A stretch of DNA of 64,000 nt from Malacoraja senta (GCA_038087875.1 CM075987.1:26600001-26664000), one strand, 5' to 3'. Shown: positions 47,205 to 60,465, counted from the stretch's first letter. Numbers and translations are program-made. The notes: generated by a model not told the origin, from the sequence alone.

Positions 47205-47528
47205 GACTTTTTAGTTTTTGTTTTTTTAGTTTAGAGATACAGCGCAGAAACAGGCCCTTCAGCCCACCGAGTCCGCACCAACCAGCGATCTCCGCACATT
47301 AAGACAATCCTACACAAATTTGGGACAGTTTACAATTTTACTAAGCCAATTAACCTACAAACCTGTACACCTTTGGACTGTGGGAGGAAACCGGAGGCCA
47401 GGGGAAAACCCACGCAGGTCACGGGGAGGACGTACAAACTCCGTACAGACAGCACCCGTAGTCTGGATCGAACCCGGGTCTCTGGCGCTGTGAGGCAGCA
47501 ACTCTACCGCTGCGCCACCGTGCCGCCC
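47205..47528 (-). mobile_element. V-SINE (HE1-like), full length
   Basis: Tail, V-domain and A/B boxes. Confidence 0.88.
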
Positions 47529-48141
47529 AAGACTTGATGGGCCGAATGGCCTAATATTGTTCCTATAAGTTATGAATGGCCATGCCAACCAAGATGCCTC
47601 ATCTAACCGCGTTAGGCCCATTTCCCGCCAAACCTTTCCTATCCATGTACTGTACATATCGAACTACCTTTTAAAACGTAGGTCATAGTTAAAACATAAA
47701 GTTCGCCGCCAAAGTTAAAAAGTATGTAGGAAGGGACTGCAGATGCTGGTTTAAACCGAAGATAGATACAAGATGCTGGAGTAACTCAGCGGGACAGGCA
47801 GCATCTCTGGAGAGAAGGAATGGGTGACGTTTCGGGTCCAGACCCTTCTTCAGTCTAAATTACTCCAGCTTTTTGTGTCTAAAGTTAAAAAGTATCCTGG
47901 GCCTGCCCCCCCACTCTTCTCCCTCTCCCCAACCTCACGGCAACCCCCCCCCCCCCCCCCACAATGGGTCACTTGTCGTTCATTGTCCCATGCAGGAAAT
48001 GATTACATTGGATAACGAGGAGATGAAATTAGTTAATCTTGGCTGAAGAAGGGTCTCGACCCGAAACGTCACCTATTCCATCGCTCCAGAGATGCTGCCT
48101 CACCCGCTGAGTATCTCCAGCATTGTTGTCTACCTTAGTTA

Positions 48142-48565
48142 ATAGACAATAGACAATAGACAATAGGTGCGGGAGTTGTCCATTTGGCCCTTCGAGCCAG
48201 CACCGCCATTCAATGTGATCATGGCTGATCATCCCCAATCAGTACCCCGTTCCTGCCTTCTCCCCATATCCCCTGACTCCGCTACCTTTAAGAGCCCTAT
48301 CTAGCTCTCTCTTGAAAGTATCCAGAGAACCTGCCTCCACCGTCCTCTGAGGCAGAGAATTCCACAGACTCACCACTCTCTGTGATAAAAAGTGTTTCCT
48401 CATCACCGTTCTAAATGGCTTACCCCTTATTCTTAAACTGTGGCCCCTGGTTCTGGACTCCCCCAACATCGGGAACATGTTTCCTGCCTCTAGAATGTCC
48501 AAACCCTTCATAATCCTATATGTTCCAATAAGATGCCCTCTCATCCTTGTAAACTCCAGAGTATA
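48142..48565 (-). mobile_element. CR1-type LINE 3' fragment
   Basis: ORF 48239-48544 encodes the CR1 C-terminus; (ATAGACA)n tail on the + strand. Confidence 0.9.
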
Positions 48566-49231
48566 ATCTTGGCATTACGTTTGCCGTGGAAACCGTCGGG
48601 CTGAAGGGCCTGTTCCTCCGATGTTCAATCTCCCTGTGATGTTCTAATTAGCCTGCAAAGGTTGGCTGGTGGGCAGATTTGCAGATCATTCAGTTGCCTT
48701 GAAAGCAGAGTGCAGCTCAAATTGAGCCCCGACCAAAGCAGGCAGTTGGAAGCTACGCTTGTAAAACGGTTCTGACCCACTAATAGGGTGACAATTATTT
48801 CAAATTGAAAATGTTATTATTTGAAGGGAAAAGACCAAGACAATAGCAACCCTGATAAAAAAGTCCACCCTTACGGAGCAGATTATTACAGTGCTTGAAT
48901 TTGAAGCCAATTATATTGCCAGCCATCTAGTGCCAGATAAATTGGTTTGTGGCAAGGACAGTCAGCCTACGATTATTTTCCATGATGCAGAATCAGAGCC
49001 TGTTATACTATCTGTACATCAAACATTTATTGAAGATTCTGTGGAAGTCAGAATGCCGAGCAGTAAGGCACTGTCACAATATTCTTTAACTGATGAGATG
49101 TGTCTAATGCTTAACGAACTGCGGAAAGCAATATGTCTCTGTTTTATTGCCATCTTATGGTCCAAGCTTCCAACTGAATTGCATACGCCAATGTGATGTA
49201 CACATGAATCTAGTCATCATCGTTCAGTTTT

Positions 49232-49646
49232 GTGATACAGCATGGAAACAGGCCCTTCGGCCCACCGGGTCCGCACCGACCAGGGATCCCCGCTCACGAA
49301 CACTATCCTACACACACTAGGGATGATTTACATTTATACCAAAGCCAATTAACCTACAAACCTGCACGTCTTTGGAATGTGGGAGGAGACCAGAGATCCC
49401 GGAGAAAACCCACGGGGAGAACGTGCAAACTCCGTACAGACAGCACCTGTATTCAGGATTAAACCCAGGTCTCAGGCGCTGTAAACGCTGTAGGGCAGCA
49501 ACTCTACCGCTGCGCCACCGTGCCGCCCATAATCTAAACCGCAACGTGCAAACTCCACTCAGACAGCACCCGAGGTCAGGATCGAAGCTGGAAACCGGGG
49601 TCTCTGGCGCTGTGAGGCAGCAGCTCTCCCCAGTTGCTCCACCGTG
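49232..49646 (-). mobile_element. V-SINE plus a second partial SINE head
   Basis: Body 49232-49529; extra head 49545-49646. Confidence 0.75.
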
Positions 49647-49788
49647 ACGAAGACAGACACAAAATGCTGGAGTAACTCAACGGGACAGGCAGCATCTCTG
49701 GAGAGAAGGAATGGGTGATGTTTCGGGTCGAGACCCTTCTTCAGACTGCCACTATGCCACTCTCATCAGTCTGAAGAGGGGTCTCGAC

Positions 49789-50332
49789 GTACAGTTTTGG
49801 TCTCCTAATTTGAGGAAGGACATCCTTGCGATTGAGGCAGTGCAGCGTAGGTTCACGAGATTGATCCCTGGGATGGCAGGACTGTCATATGAGGAAAGAT
49901 TGAAAAGACTGGGCTTGTATTCACTGGAGTTTAGAAGGATGAGGGGTTATCTTATAGAAACATATAAAATTATAAAAGGACTGAACAAGCTAGATGCAGG
50001 AAAAAAATTCCCAATGTTGGGCGAGTCCAGAACCAGGGGCCGGAGTCTTAGAATAAAGGGGAGGCCATTTAGGACTGAGGTGAGAAAAAACTTTTTCACC
50101 CAGAGAGTTGTGAATTTGTGGAATTCCTGTCACAGAGGGCAGTGGAGGTCAAGTCACTGGATAGGTTTAAGAGAGAGTTAGATAGAGCTCTAGGGGCTAG
50201 TGGAATCAAGGGATATGGGGAAAAGGCAGGCACGGGTTATTGATTGGGGACGATCAGCCATGATCGCAATGAATGGCGGTGCTGACTCGAAGGGCCGAAT
50301 GGCCTCCTCCTGTACCTATTGTCTATGTTTCT
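49789..50332 (+). mobile_element. CR1-type LINE 3' fragment
   Basis: VQFWSPNLRKDILAIEAVQRRFTRLIPGM...FFTQRVVNLWNS. Confidence 0.9.
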
Positions 50333-50490
50333 CATTCCCAATTTGGTTGGGCTGATCACTCAATCCTTTGTCACTTGACCCCCTGTTTCATCCTGCACCA
50401 GCACACTTCTTTCACTTAACCTCTTCTGTATTCCACCCCCATCCCCAGCCTCCCCTTCATCCAGAGATGCTGCCTGACCCGCCGAGATAA

Positions 50491-50918
50491 TGGGCCTGTC
50501 CCACTTGCCGATTTTTCAGGCGACGGCCGGCGACTGTCAAGTCATTGCAGGTCGCTGAAAACCTAGCGACTGGAAGGGCGACTGTCAGAGTGGAACACAC
50601 ACACACACACACATACACACATCGCTTCCTTCACCAGCCAGTTATGCAGGCGGGGGACAGGGCAAGCGGGGGGGGGGGGGGGGGGTAGCGCTGTCTGAGT
50701 GAAATTCACGCGGTGCAAAGCCAATGTGATACAGACACAGTGACACCAAAACATGTTGAAAAATTAGCGGCAACTTGAATGAGACCGCGACTACTTACGA
50801 GAATGCGGGCACTACTCACCACCATGCAGGTGACGCCCCGGCAAACATGTGGCGACCTTGTGGCGACCTCATAGTCTCCTGTAGTCGCCTAAAAAGTCAC
50901 GTATGGGGGACAGGTCCA
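50491..50918. mobile_element. PIF/Harbinger-type MITE, internally deleted relative of 9059-10022
   Basis: TIR TGGGCCTGTCCCACTT / degenerate GGGGACAGGTCCA; flanks TAA and TTA; same internal layout with a short (CA)n. Confidence 0.8.
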
Positions 50919-51579
50919 TTATAAAGTCATAGAATGACAGAGTGATACAGCGTGGAAACAGGCCCTTCAGCCCAACTTGCCCACACCGGCCAACATATCC
51001 CATCTACACTCGTCCCACCTGCCCACGTTTGGTCCATATCGCCCCAAACCCGTCCTATCCATACACCTGTCTAACTGTTTCTTAAACGTTGATTATTTTT
51101 TTAAATAACTTTGTAATAATCAAAGTTTTTACGAAGCTTTCCGCACAAAACTTGCGGGAGAATATCTTGCTTCAGTTTGGTGACGTCTTTAAAGAATGCT
51201 CTTGTGTTTTCAGAAATGTTCGATGAAATCACTTTTACCGTCTGCAAAATGCCAAATTGCTGAGAGCTAACATGAATAACCTTTAAAATCACATTCGTTT
51301 TATACTTCTGATGTTATTTTGTGCCAATTAGGGCCAATTATGAGAGCAGTTCTCTGCTGTGGGCTAGCTGTTTACAGAGAGACGGCTGAAAGCTGCCCAG
51401 ATTAATTTTACTTAACTTGCTCATCAACCAATTACTCAAAGGAAGCCTTTAGCAGTGAATCCATGCTCACATTTCTGCAATAAAAGGTCACAATTCAAGA
51501 AAGTATCCAAAATCCTTCTCATTGACTGAACCCCTTGTTCAGTTTACTTTCGACTTTTTAACTTTTCATTTAACTTTTT

Positions 51580-51880
51580 GCGGCACGGTGGTGCAGCGGT
51601 AGACTTGCTGCCTTACAGCGCCAGAGACCCGGGTTCAATCCCGACCACGGAGTGTGTACGGAGTTTGTACGTTCTCCCCGTGACCCGCTTGGGTTTTCTC
51701 CGGGATCTCCGGTTTCCTCCCACACTCCAAAGACGTACAGGTTTGTCAGTTAATTGGCTTGGTGTAAATGTAAATTGCCGCTAGTGTGTGTAGGATAGTG
51801 TTAGTGTGCGGGGATCGCTGGTCGGTGTGGACTCAGTGGGCTGAAGGGTTTGTTTCCACACTGTATCGATAAACTAAATT
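51580..51880 (+). mobile_element. V-SINE (HE1-like)
   Basis: A/B boxes, V-domain and tail. Confidence 0.85.
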
Positions 51881-51886
51881 AATAAT

Positions 51887-52282
51887 CACACATATATGCA
51901 CACATACATATACACACACATACATATACACACACATACATATACACACACATACATATACACACACATACATACACACACACATACATACACACACACA
52001 TACATATACACACACATACATATACACACACATACATATACACACACATACATACACACACACATACATACACACACACATACATATACACACACATACA
52101 TATACACACACATACATATACACACACATACATATACACACACATACATACACACACACATACATATACACACACATACATATACACACACATACATACA
52201 CACACACATACATATACACACACATACATATACACACACATACATATACACACTCACATAAACATTATACAAACACATTATA

Positions 52283-52315
<33 letters not shown>

Positions 52316-52336
52316 GTACACACACACACACACACA

Positions 52337-52413
<77 letters not shown>
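51887..52413. repeat. Compound (CA/TA) microsatellite with a 16-bp higher-order unit, then pure (CA)n
   Basis: CACACACATACATATA-type units; direct reading. Confidence 0.97.
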
Positions 52414-52417
<4 letters not shown>

Positions 52418-52883
52418 TCACATCTGTGGGACATTTGGTGAAATAATACACAGGAGAATGGCTTCCTCACAGTGAAAACGTTTCAGAAAGTAATCAATGG
52501 TTGTTCATTTTCTAAAGCAACCTTCCATGCTGTTCTTGAGCAAGTAGCCTCTCTCATTTTCACACTTGGACAGTGCTTTTAAAACTGGACATTCTCTTTC
52601 TGTTGAATACATGTATTGCCCTCTATAGATCGAGTAACCCTCCATTTGAAACAGCACGGATGGATGACTCCATGAAGTCAGATACTGTCTTTATGCCAAG
52701 GACAGATAATATTGGCCGGGATATTGTTCACTTCTCCTAAAGACGCATCAATATCTCCCACAACTATTCACTGCTTTAAGAATACTTCAAGCTCTTTTAA
52801 CATAAGCATTGATTCAATTATTTTCTTTGTGTAGGAAGGAACTGCGTTTAAACCAAAGATAGACACAAAACATGCTGGAGTAA

Positions 52884-54076
52884 AGGGCCTGTCCCGCTTG
52901 GGCGTCATTTGCGCGTCATTTACGCGACATCATTTACGCATCAGAAGAGACTGGGAACAAGAGTTAGCTATTAAAATTTCAAAGGAAAGTTGGAATGAAC
53001 ACTTATTAACGTGCATAAATGTTCGATTAATGTAAGACAAACTTTATTACAATTTAAAATTTTACATAGATTATATTATTCGAAAACTAAAATTCATAAA
53101 ATTTTCCCAAATGTTTCATCTATTTGTGATAAATGTCAATCCCAAGAAGCTACTATAGCGCACTCATTCGTTTTCTGTACAAAAATTCAAAAATTTTGGA
53201 ATGAAATTTTTGAAATCTTTACAAAGTTATTTAAAATAAGACTGATACCCAAAGCAGAATGGATTATCTTCGGAATAACGGAAGATGGCCCAGAACTAAA
53301 TGTGTTTCAAAAGAAACTAATGGACTATGGGTTAATAACTGGAAAAAAGCTAATTCTAAAATTTTGGAAGAAGGCTCCAATACCAACTATAAATATGTGG
53401 ACTTCAAATATGTTCGAAACATTACACCTAGAAGAGATAAGACTCCTCCTAGCAGGTAAACCAGATCACTTCCACCTGACGAGGTCTGCATTTATAGAAT
53501 TATTACAAATATAGGGTGCAAAAGTACTTTAAAAAAAATTGAGGTCAGGTAATGGGGGATGATAGTTGAAGAGTTGGTATGTCCCATTTACGTAATGCTC
53601 ATAAAAATATTTGTTTCTCTCTTTTCCTTTTTCTCTTTTTCTTTCTTTTCTAGGGTCTATTTCTTAACTCTTTTTCTTTTGTTTTTAATTTTGTTCTTAT
53701 AGGGTCTTCGTCCTTTTTTGTTGTCACATTTTCTACACTTTCACTTTTTCCTTCACTTTCATCTTTCTTTCAATCTTTTCTTTTTCTAGTGTAAAAAATA
53801 AATGGAGTACATTAATTGTAAGAAGATATAAATGACGAGTACTAATGTATGTGGTTGTAATGTAATGTACTTCTAATAAATAAAAATTTATAAAAAAATA
53901 AATTTAAAAAAAATAAAAATCATTTACGCATCACGGCGCACGTGATGTGTGCATGGTACGCATTACACGCGCATGGTGCGTGATGACGTAGGCAGTGACG
54001 CCCCAGGATTTTGGGATTTAAAAATCTTTGCGCGCCCTCTGCATGACGCGCAAATGACGCCCGTGAGACAGGCCCT
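52884..54076. mobile_element. Short PIF/Harbinger-type MITE (family of 11117-11319) split by an L1 insertion
   Basis: TIR AGGGCCTGTCCCGCTTGGGCGTCATTTGCGCGTCA / TGACGCGCAAATGACGCCCGTGAGACAGGCCCT; TSD TAA (52881-52883, 54077-54079) inside the host gctggagTAActcagcg. Confidence 0.85.
52944..53918 (+). mobile_element. L1-type LINE 3' fragment
   Basis: ORF 53011-53514 reads LLQFKILHRLY...CDKC.......AHSFVFC (CCHC finger); poly-A tail; 15-bp TSD ATCATTTACGCATCA (52929-52943, 53919-53933). Confidence 0.93.
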
Positions 54077-54877
54077 TAACTCAGCGCGACATACAGCATC
54101 TCTGGAGAGAAGGAATGGGTGACCTGAAGAAGGGTGTGAAGAAGGGTCTCGACCTGAAACGTCACGCATCCCTTCTCTCTAGAGACGCTGCCTGTCCCGC
54201 TGAGTTACTCCAGCATTTTGTGTCGATCTTTGATTCTTTTCTTTGTCAGACAAAGATCAAAAAAGACAGATGCACCCTGTTATCTAGCCCAAGAAAACAA
54301 ATGGTGAAAGTTATGAAATGTCTGAAGAAGGGTCTCGACTCCAGCTTTTTGTGTCGATCTTTGGTGGAGGTTAACCTTCACCCAAGAAAGCCTGAGGCAG
54401 GGAAGTTTACACGATGGCGCGCGGAACAGAATACCTATTCATACTTGGGATGGAAAGTGTGGACCTTGATCATGCAGCCTTATCACAGTGAAGATACCTT
54501 CGTTATCTGGATAAGCCAAGGAAATAGATTTCCTGAACATCAATTTCAGCACAGATGCTTCTGCGATGTGGCAACAACCCTGATATTATGGAGGTCTCAG
54601 AAGCAGGTTGCTCATGTCCTGTACAGAGTCTCAGAATAAAGTTTACATCATTCTGACAGGCTGTTCAATGATATCAAATACGATGCCCTTGAAAATTGGG
54701 TCTTTGGCACGGCTTTCGTTATAGTTGCATCTTGATTGAGTTTCCATTTGCGGCATGGCTAAATCCCTGGATTCTGTAGAAGGAAATTGTCAAGCTTTTA
54801 AAATTGTTTTTCCAGCCTGAACATAGATGGAGGGCTATTCAGTGGCCAAAGTCATACATATTTTTATTAAAATGGTA

Positions 54878-55238
54878 GTCATAGACTGATACAGCGTGGA
54901 AACAGGTCCTTCGGCCCAACTTGCCCACACTGACCAATAAGTCCCATCTGCACTAGCCCCACCTGCCTGCATTTGGCCCATATCCCTTCAAACCTGTCCG
55001 ATCCATGCACCTGTCCAAATGTTTCTTAAACATTGGGATAGTCCCAGCCTCAACTACCTCCTCCGGCAGCTCATTCCATACACCCACCACCCTTTGTATG
55101 AAAAAGTTACTCCTCATGTTCCTATAAAATCATTTCCCCCTTCACCTTAAACCTATGTCCTCTGGTTCTCGATTCCCCTACTCAGGGCAAGAGACTGTGT
55201 GTGTCTACCCGATCTATTCCCCTCATGATTTTGTACAC
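54878..55238 (-). mobile_element. CR1/HER1-type LINE 3' fragment
   Basis: Same subfamily as 1827-2205 and 40285-40632. Confidence 0.85.
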
Positions 55239-55382
55239 AAGAGAACCAGTTATGGAAATCTGAAGACAATGAAATATCTGCCATAAAGGATGTTTTGGCC
55301 TTTCATTAAGGAGGACATTTATGTAAGAAAATAGGGAAATATAACCTGCAGAAGATTCAAAATAAGCATTTGCTGACATTTA

Positions 55383-56046
55383 TTTCAAGAGGACTAGAGT
55401 AAAAAAAATTGGGATGTAATGTTCAGGCTCTGTAAGGCACTGGTCAGGCCACATTTGGAATATTGTGAGCAATTTTGGGCACCATATCTGAGGAAGGATG
55501 TGCTGGCTCTGGAGAGGGTCCAGAGGAGGTTTACAAGAATGTTCCCAGGAATGATTAGATTAACATATGATCAGTGGCATTTGACGGCACTGGGCCTGTA
55601 CTCGCTGGAGTTTCGAAGGATGAGTGGGGGGACCTCATTGAAACTTGTCAAATAGTGAAAGGTCCGGATAGAGTGGATGTGGAGAGGATGTTTCCACTAG
55701 TGGGAGAGTCCAAGACCAGAGGTTACAGCCTCAGAATTAAAGGACGTTCTTTTGGGAAGGAGATGGGGAGGAATTGTTTTAGTTAGAGGGAGGTGAATCT
55801 GTGGTATTCTTTGCCACAGACGGCTGTGGAGGCCAAGTCAGTGGATATTGGAATTATTTGCCACAGAGGGCCAAGTCAGTGGATATATTTAAGGCAGAGA
55901 TAGATAGATTCTTGATTAGTACGGGTGTCAGGCGTTATGGAGAGAAGGCAGGAGAATGGGGTGAGGAGGGAGAGTTAGATCAAACATGATTGAATGGCAG
56001 AGTAGACTTGATGGGCCAAATGGCCTAATTCTGCTCCTATCACTTG
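55383..56046 (+). mobile_element. CR1-type LINE 3' fragment, degraded
   Basis: KALVRPHLEYCEQFWAPYLRKDVLALERVQRRFTRM; frameshifts; small internal duplication near 55830-55890. Confidence 0.88.
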
Positions 56047-56247
56047 TGAGTACAATTATACCTGGGAAGTTATTTGAAGAATGCAACAATTGTTCATTTA
56101 ATTTTTTGAATAAGCCATTTAATTAGACAATGACATAAACACCTGGAACATGAAAGCCAATCTAAATCCACTTTTGCCAATAATCTTTGTTAATTGCATC
56201 ATGAAAATTACAATGAGAAATCCCGGCCAAACTAATGAAGAAACAAT

Positions 56248-56535
56248 GGGCAACACGGTGACGCAGCGGTAGAGTTGCTGCCTCACAGCGTCAGAGACCC
56301 GGGTTCGATCCCGACCACGGGTGCTGTTTGTACGGAGTTTGTACGTTCTCCCCGTGACCACGTGGGTTTTCTCCGGGTGCTCCGGTTTCCTCCCACACTC
56401 CAAAGACGTACTGGTTTGTAGGTTAATTGGCTTGGTGTAAATGTAAACATTGTCCCTAGTGGGTGTGCGGGGATCGCTGGTCGGCGCCGAAGGGCCTGTT
56501 TCTGCGTTGTATCTCTAAACTAAGCTAAACTAAAC
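56248..56535 (+). mobile_element. V-SINE (HE1-like); an additional 3' half follows at 56620-56737
   Basis: A/B boxes, V-domain and tail. Confidence 0.85.
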
Positions 56536-57263
56536 ATTCCCCCTTTCCCTCTCCCCCGTCAGACATCTGTACTTGCACTCATTTCCACTTCCCCCTCACC
56601 TACATCATGTGCAGGTATAAATTTAAATAGTCCCTGGTGTGGGTGGGATAGTGTTAGTGTGCGGGGATCGCTGGTGGGCGCGGACTCGGTGGGCCGATGG
56701 GCCTGTTTCCGTGCTGTATCTCTAAACTAAACTAAACAGGAAAGTTAAAGCTTGTCCCAAGATGATTAACTTTCTGGCTTTCACCATTCTTTTGAATTCA
56801 GGCTAAACTGACGTCCTCATTTCCAAGGGCTAAATGGTCCCTTTCATTAATATCCAGCTATATACATTAAGCTTGCACACTCTGTTTTGCTTGACAAATA
56901 TACTGAAAGGTTATTAAAATATTATACTGGATAAATTGTATTGGGATCTCGGTAAGTCACAGAAGGATCTTGAACATAAATCTGCAATCTGCCCTCTGAC
57001 TCAGAGCACAGTACAAAAGTACAACTTGTTGCTATGATAACGCTAGAGAATAGTGCAGCGTTTGGATAAATTGGAGACCTTTCGGACAGCTAGGACTTTG
57101 GGTACATGTGGAAAGTTACCAGTTTCAAAATAATTTAAATTCTGAAAACTAAGTTCACATATTGAGTTAAGAGAGCAATTTTTCTCGTGGTACTAGCAAA
57201 GAACTGCCTCATGCTGATCAGCTACACACGTTGTCTTCAACATAAAATCTATGAGTTCCGGCT

Positions 57264-57572
57264 TTTAGTTTTCGGTTTTAGAGATACAGCGCGGAAACAG
57301 GCCCTTCGGCCCACCAGCTCCGTGCCGATCAGCGATCCCCGCACATTAACACCATCCTACACACACTGGGGACAATTTTTACATTTATACCAAGCCAATT
57401 ACCTTACAAACCTGCACGTCCTTGGTGCGTGGGAGGAAACCGGAGCACCCGGAGAAAACCCACGCAAGTCACGGGGACAACGTACAGACTACATACAGAC
57501 AGCACCCGTGGCCAGGATCGAACCCGGTTCTCTGGTGCAGTGAGGCAGTGGCTCTACCGCTGCGCCTCCGTG
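57264..57572 (-). mobile_element. V-SINE (HE1-like)
   Basis: Tail, V-domain and A/B boxes. Confidence 0.85.
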
Positions 57573-57574
57573 TA

Positions 57575-58560
57575 ATATACAATAAATTATAAATCATAAA
57601 CTTTTTTTTTTTTCGGGAAAAAGAGAAAAAAGGAAAGAATGAAGAAAAAGAAAAAAAAGAAAAAAAAAGAGAGAAGAAAAGACCCCTGAACTGCAAAGAA
57701 GTGCGAGAAGAGAAGAGAAAAAAAAAACCGGAGATATGTCCCACTGTCCTTCCCCCCCACCCCTTGTTGAAGACATTCAGTGAAAGGAGACCATGTTTTG
57801 GAGAATTGGTCTACTTTATCAGCCAAAACAAGCCTTAATTTTTTCCCTTCACCTCCCCCCTTGAATCCATTCAAAGACCCAAGCAGTCGTTCCAGGTGCG
57901 ACAGAGATTCACCTGCATCTCCTCCAACCTCATCTATTGCATCCGCTGCTCTAGATGTCAGCTGATCCACATCGGTGAGACCAAGCGGAGGCTTGGCGAT
58001 CGTTTCGCCGAACACCTCCCGTCGGTCCGCAATAACCTACCTGACCTCCCGGTGGCTCAGCACTTCAACTCCCCCTCCCATTCCGTATCTGACCTCTCTG
58101 TCCTGGGTCTCCTCCATGGCCACAGCGAGCAACATCGGAAATTGGAGGAAATGCACCTCATATTCTGCTTGGGCAGTCTACATCCTGGGGGCATGAACAT
58201 TGAGTTCTCCCAACTCTGCTAGCCCTTGCTGTCCCCTCCCCTTCATCAGCCCTCTGGTTGTCTCCTCCCATCCCCCAGCCCTCGGGCTCCTCCTCTGCCC
58301 TTTTTTCCTTTTTTCCTTTCTTCTCCCCACCCCCTATCAGTCTGAAGAAGGGTTTCGGCCCGAAACGTCGCCTATTTCCTTCGCTCCATAGATGCTGCTG
58401 CACCCGCTGAGTTTCCCCAGCAATTTTGTGTACCTCAATTTTTTCTAAATGTAGTGTCTCGGTCATTTCAGTAATCCACATCTTCATTGTGGGAACTGTT
58501 ATCTTTTTCCAGAATTTGAGTATACGTTTTTTCGCAGTGATTAACCCGTAGTCAAGGGAA
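57575..58560 (-). mobile_element. L1-type LINE 3' fragment split by a Penelope insertion
   Basis: LDYGLITAKKRILKFWKK..VPTMKMWITEMTETLHLEKI (58433-58560) continues as KLRLVLADKVDQFSKTWSPF (57770-57845). Confidence 0.85.
57846..58432 (+). mobile_element. Penelope-like element, 5'-truncated (GIY-YIG end plus 3' tail with hammerhead-like motif at 58342-58369)
   Basis: ORF 57896-58222 nearly identical to the C-terminus of 19882-22155; 13-bp TSD CCTTAATTTTTTC / CCTCAATTTTTTC. Confidence 0.92.
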
Positions 58561-59209
58561 TTATAAATTTTTAATCTGAAAACTAAGTTCACACGTTGAG
58601 GTAAGTGAGCATTTTTTCTCCTGGAACTGGCAAAGAACTGCCTCATGCTGATCAGCTTCATATGGTGAGTGTCTTCAACTTTAAATCTACGAGTACTGGG
58701 TGTACTGCCCTGCTATACCGCAGCTAGTAAGAATGTCTTTGTTCTGATGTCGGTACATGTGGCAAATAAACATCTGACTCTTGATGAGATGGCATTGTTA
58801 CTTTCCCCAGAGTTTTTGCCGGTTTCGTTGTCAAAGCAAATCAACTGAAACGAACGCAGCTTGTGCATAATCCACTCTTCAGCCAGAGGGTGGTGAATCT
58901 GTGGGATTCCTTGCCTCAGACGGCTGTGGAGGCCAAGTCAGTGGATATTTTTAAGGCGGAGATTGACAAATTCTTGACTAGTACTGGTGTCAGGGTTTAT
59001 GGGGAGAAGGCAGGAGAATGGGGTTGAGAGGGAGAGATAGATCAGCCACTATTGAATGGAGGTGTAGACTCAATGGGCCGAATGGCCTAATTCTGCTCCT
59101 ATCACTTATGAACTGATGAACACGTTTCAACATTCTATGCTAACATTTTGGGCATTGAGGAGGCAGCATAACTCTTCTATGTAATTCCACCTTTAGAATA
59201 TAGAATGTC

Positions 59210-59525
59210 ATTTAGTTTAGTTTAGTTTAGAGATACAGCGCGGAAACTGGCCCTTCGGCCCACCGAGTCCGCGCCGACCAGTGATCCCCGCACACGAACA
59301 CTACCCTACATACACTAGGGAGAATTTACATTTACACCAAGCCAATTAACCTAGAAACCTGTACGTCTTTGGAGTGTTGGAGGGAACCGAAGATCTCGGA
59401 GAAAACCCACGCAGGTCACGGGGCGAACGTACAAACTCCGTACAAGCAGCACCCGTCGTCGGGATTGAACCCGGGTCTCTGGCGCTGTAAGGCAGCAACT
59501 CTACCGCTGCGTCACCGTGCCGCCC
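59210..59525 (-). mobile_element. V-SINE (HE1-like), full length
   Basis: Tail, V-domain and A/B boxes. Confidence 0.88.
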
Positions 59526-59749
59526 ATTTATTGCACGTAAGCATGACGATGGAGCAATCTCATACAAAACCAAATGGTATCTGACTAAATAAATTCCTCA
59601 TCACCTCCTTCCTAAACGCACATGCTTTTATTCTGAGGCTGTGGCATCTGGTCCTAGACTCTCCCACTAGTGGATCTTTCTCTGATTGTATCAATGTCTT
59701 GTATCTTGCACACTTTTCTATCTTTTTACTGCCTTAAAAGATTACACTC

Positions 59750-60166
59750 AGGAGTTTAGAAGGATGAGAGGGTATCTCATTGAAACATATAAGATTGTTC
59801 AGGGCTTGGATGCGCTCGAGGCAGGAAACATGTTCCCGATGTTGGGGGAGTCCAGAACCAGGGGCCACAGTTTAAGAATAAGGAGTAAGCCATTTAGAAC
59901 GGAGACGAGGAAACACCTTTTCTCACAGAGAGTGGTGAGTCTGTGGAATTCTCTGCCTCAGAGGGCGGTGGAGGCCTGTTCTCTGGATGCTTTCAAGAGA
60001 GAGCTAGATAGGGCTCTTAAAAATAGCGGAGTCAGGGGATATGGGGAGAAGGCAGGAACGGGGTACTGATTGGGGATGATCAGCCATGATCACATTGAAT
60101 GGCGGTGCTGGCTCGAAGGGCCGAATGGCCTGCTCCTGCACCTATTGTCTATTGTCTATTGTCTAT
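59750..60166 (+). mobile_element. CR1-type LINE 3' fragment ((CTATTGT)n tail)
   Basis: EFRRMRGYLIETYKIV...GYGEKAGTGY. Confidence 0.9.
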
Positions 60167-60167
60167 T

Positions 60168-60465
60168 ACAGAAGTGTGAAAATGCACACTTCCAGATTCA
60201 TGGGATAGTTTCTTCCCAGCTGTTAACAGGCAACTGAACCATCCTCCCACCAGCTAGAGAGCGGCCCTGACCTCCCATCTACCAAATTGAAGATCTTTGA
60301 ACTCACTTCAATCGAACTTTATCTTGCACTAAATGTTTTGTCCTTTGTCAGTACACTGTGGACAGCTTAATTGTAACAGCGTATAGTTTTTCCTTTTACT
60401 GGAGTACACGTGATAAAAAACATTTCACTGCACCTCGGTTACATCCGACAACGCAAACTAAACTA
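60168..60465 (+). mobile_element. Rex1/Babar-like 3' fragment, diverged
   Basis: CAGAAGTGTGAAAATGCACACTTCCAGATTC...AGGCAACTGAACCATCCT, as in the host at 18550-19510. Confidence 0.55.

Noticed and set aside
48891..49196. 101-aa ORF in unique sequence
   Set aside because: Non-ATG start and no recognisable domain; length compatible with chance, though a homology search could revisit it
51833..52470. Cys/Val/Tyr/Met-rich ORFs
   Set aside because: Translations of the compound microsatellite
54115..54639. 174-aa ORF
   Set aside because: First half is Penelope-derived repeat; remainder unrecognisable
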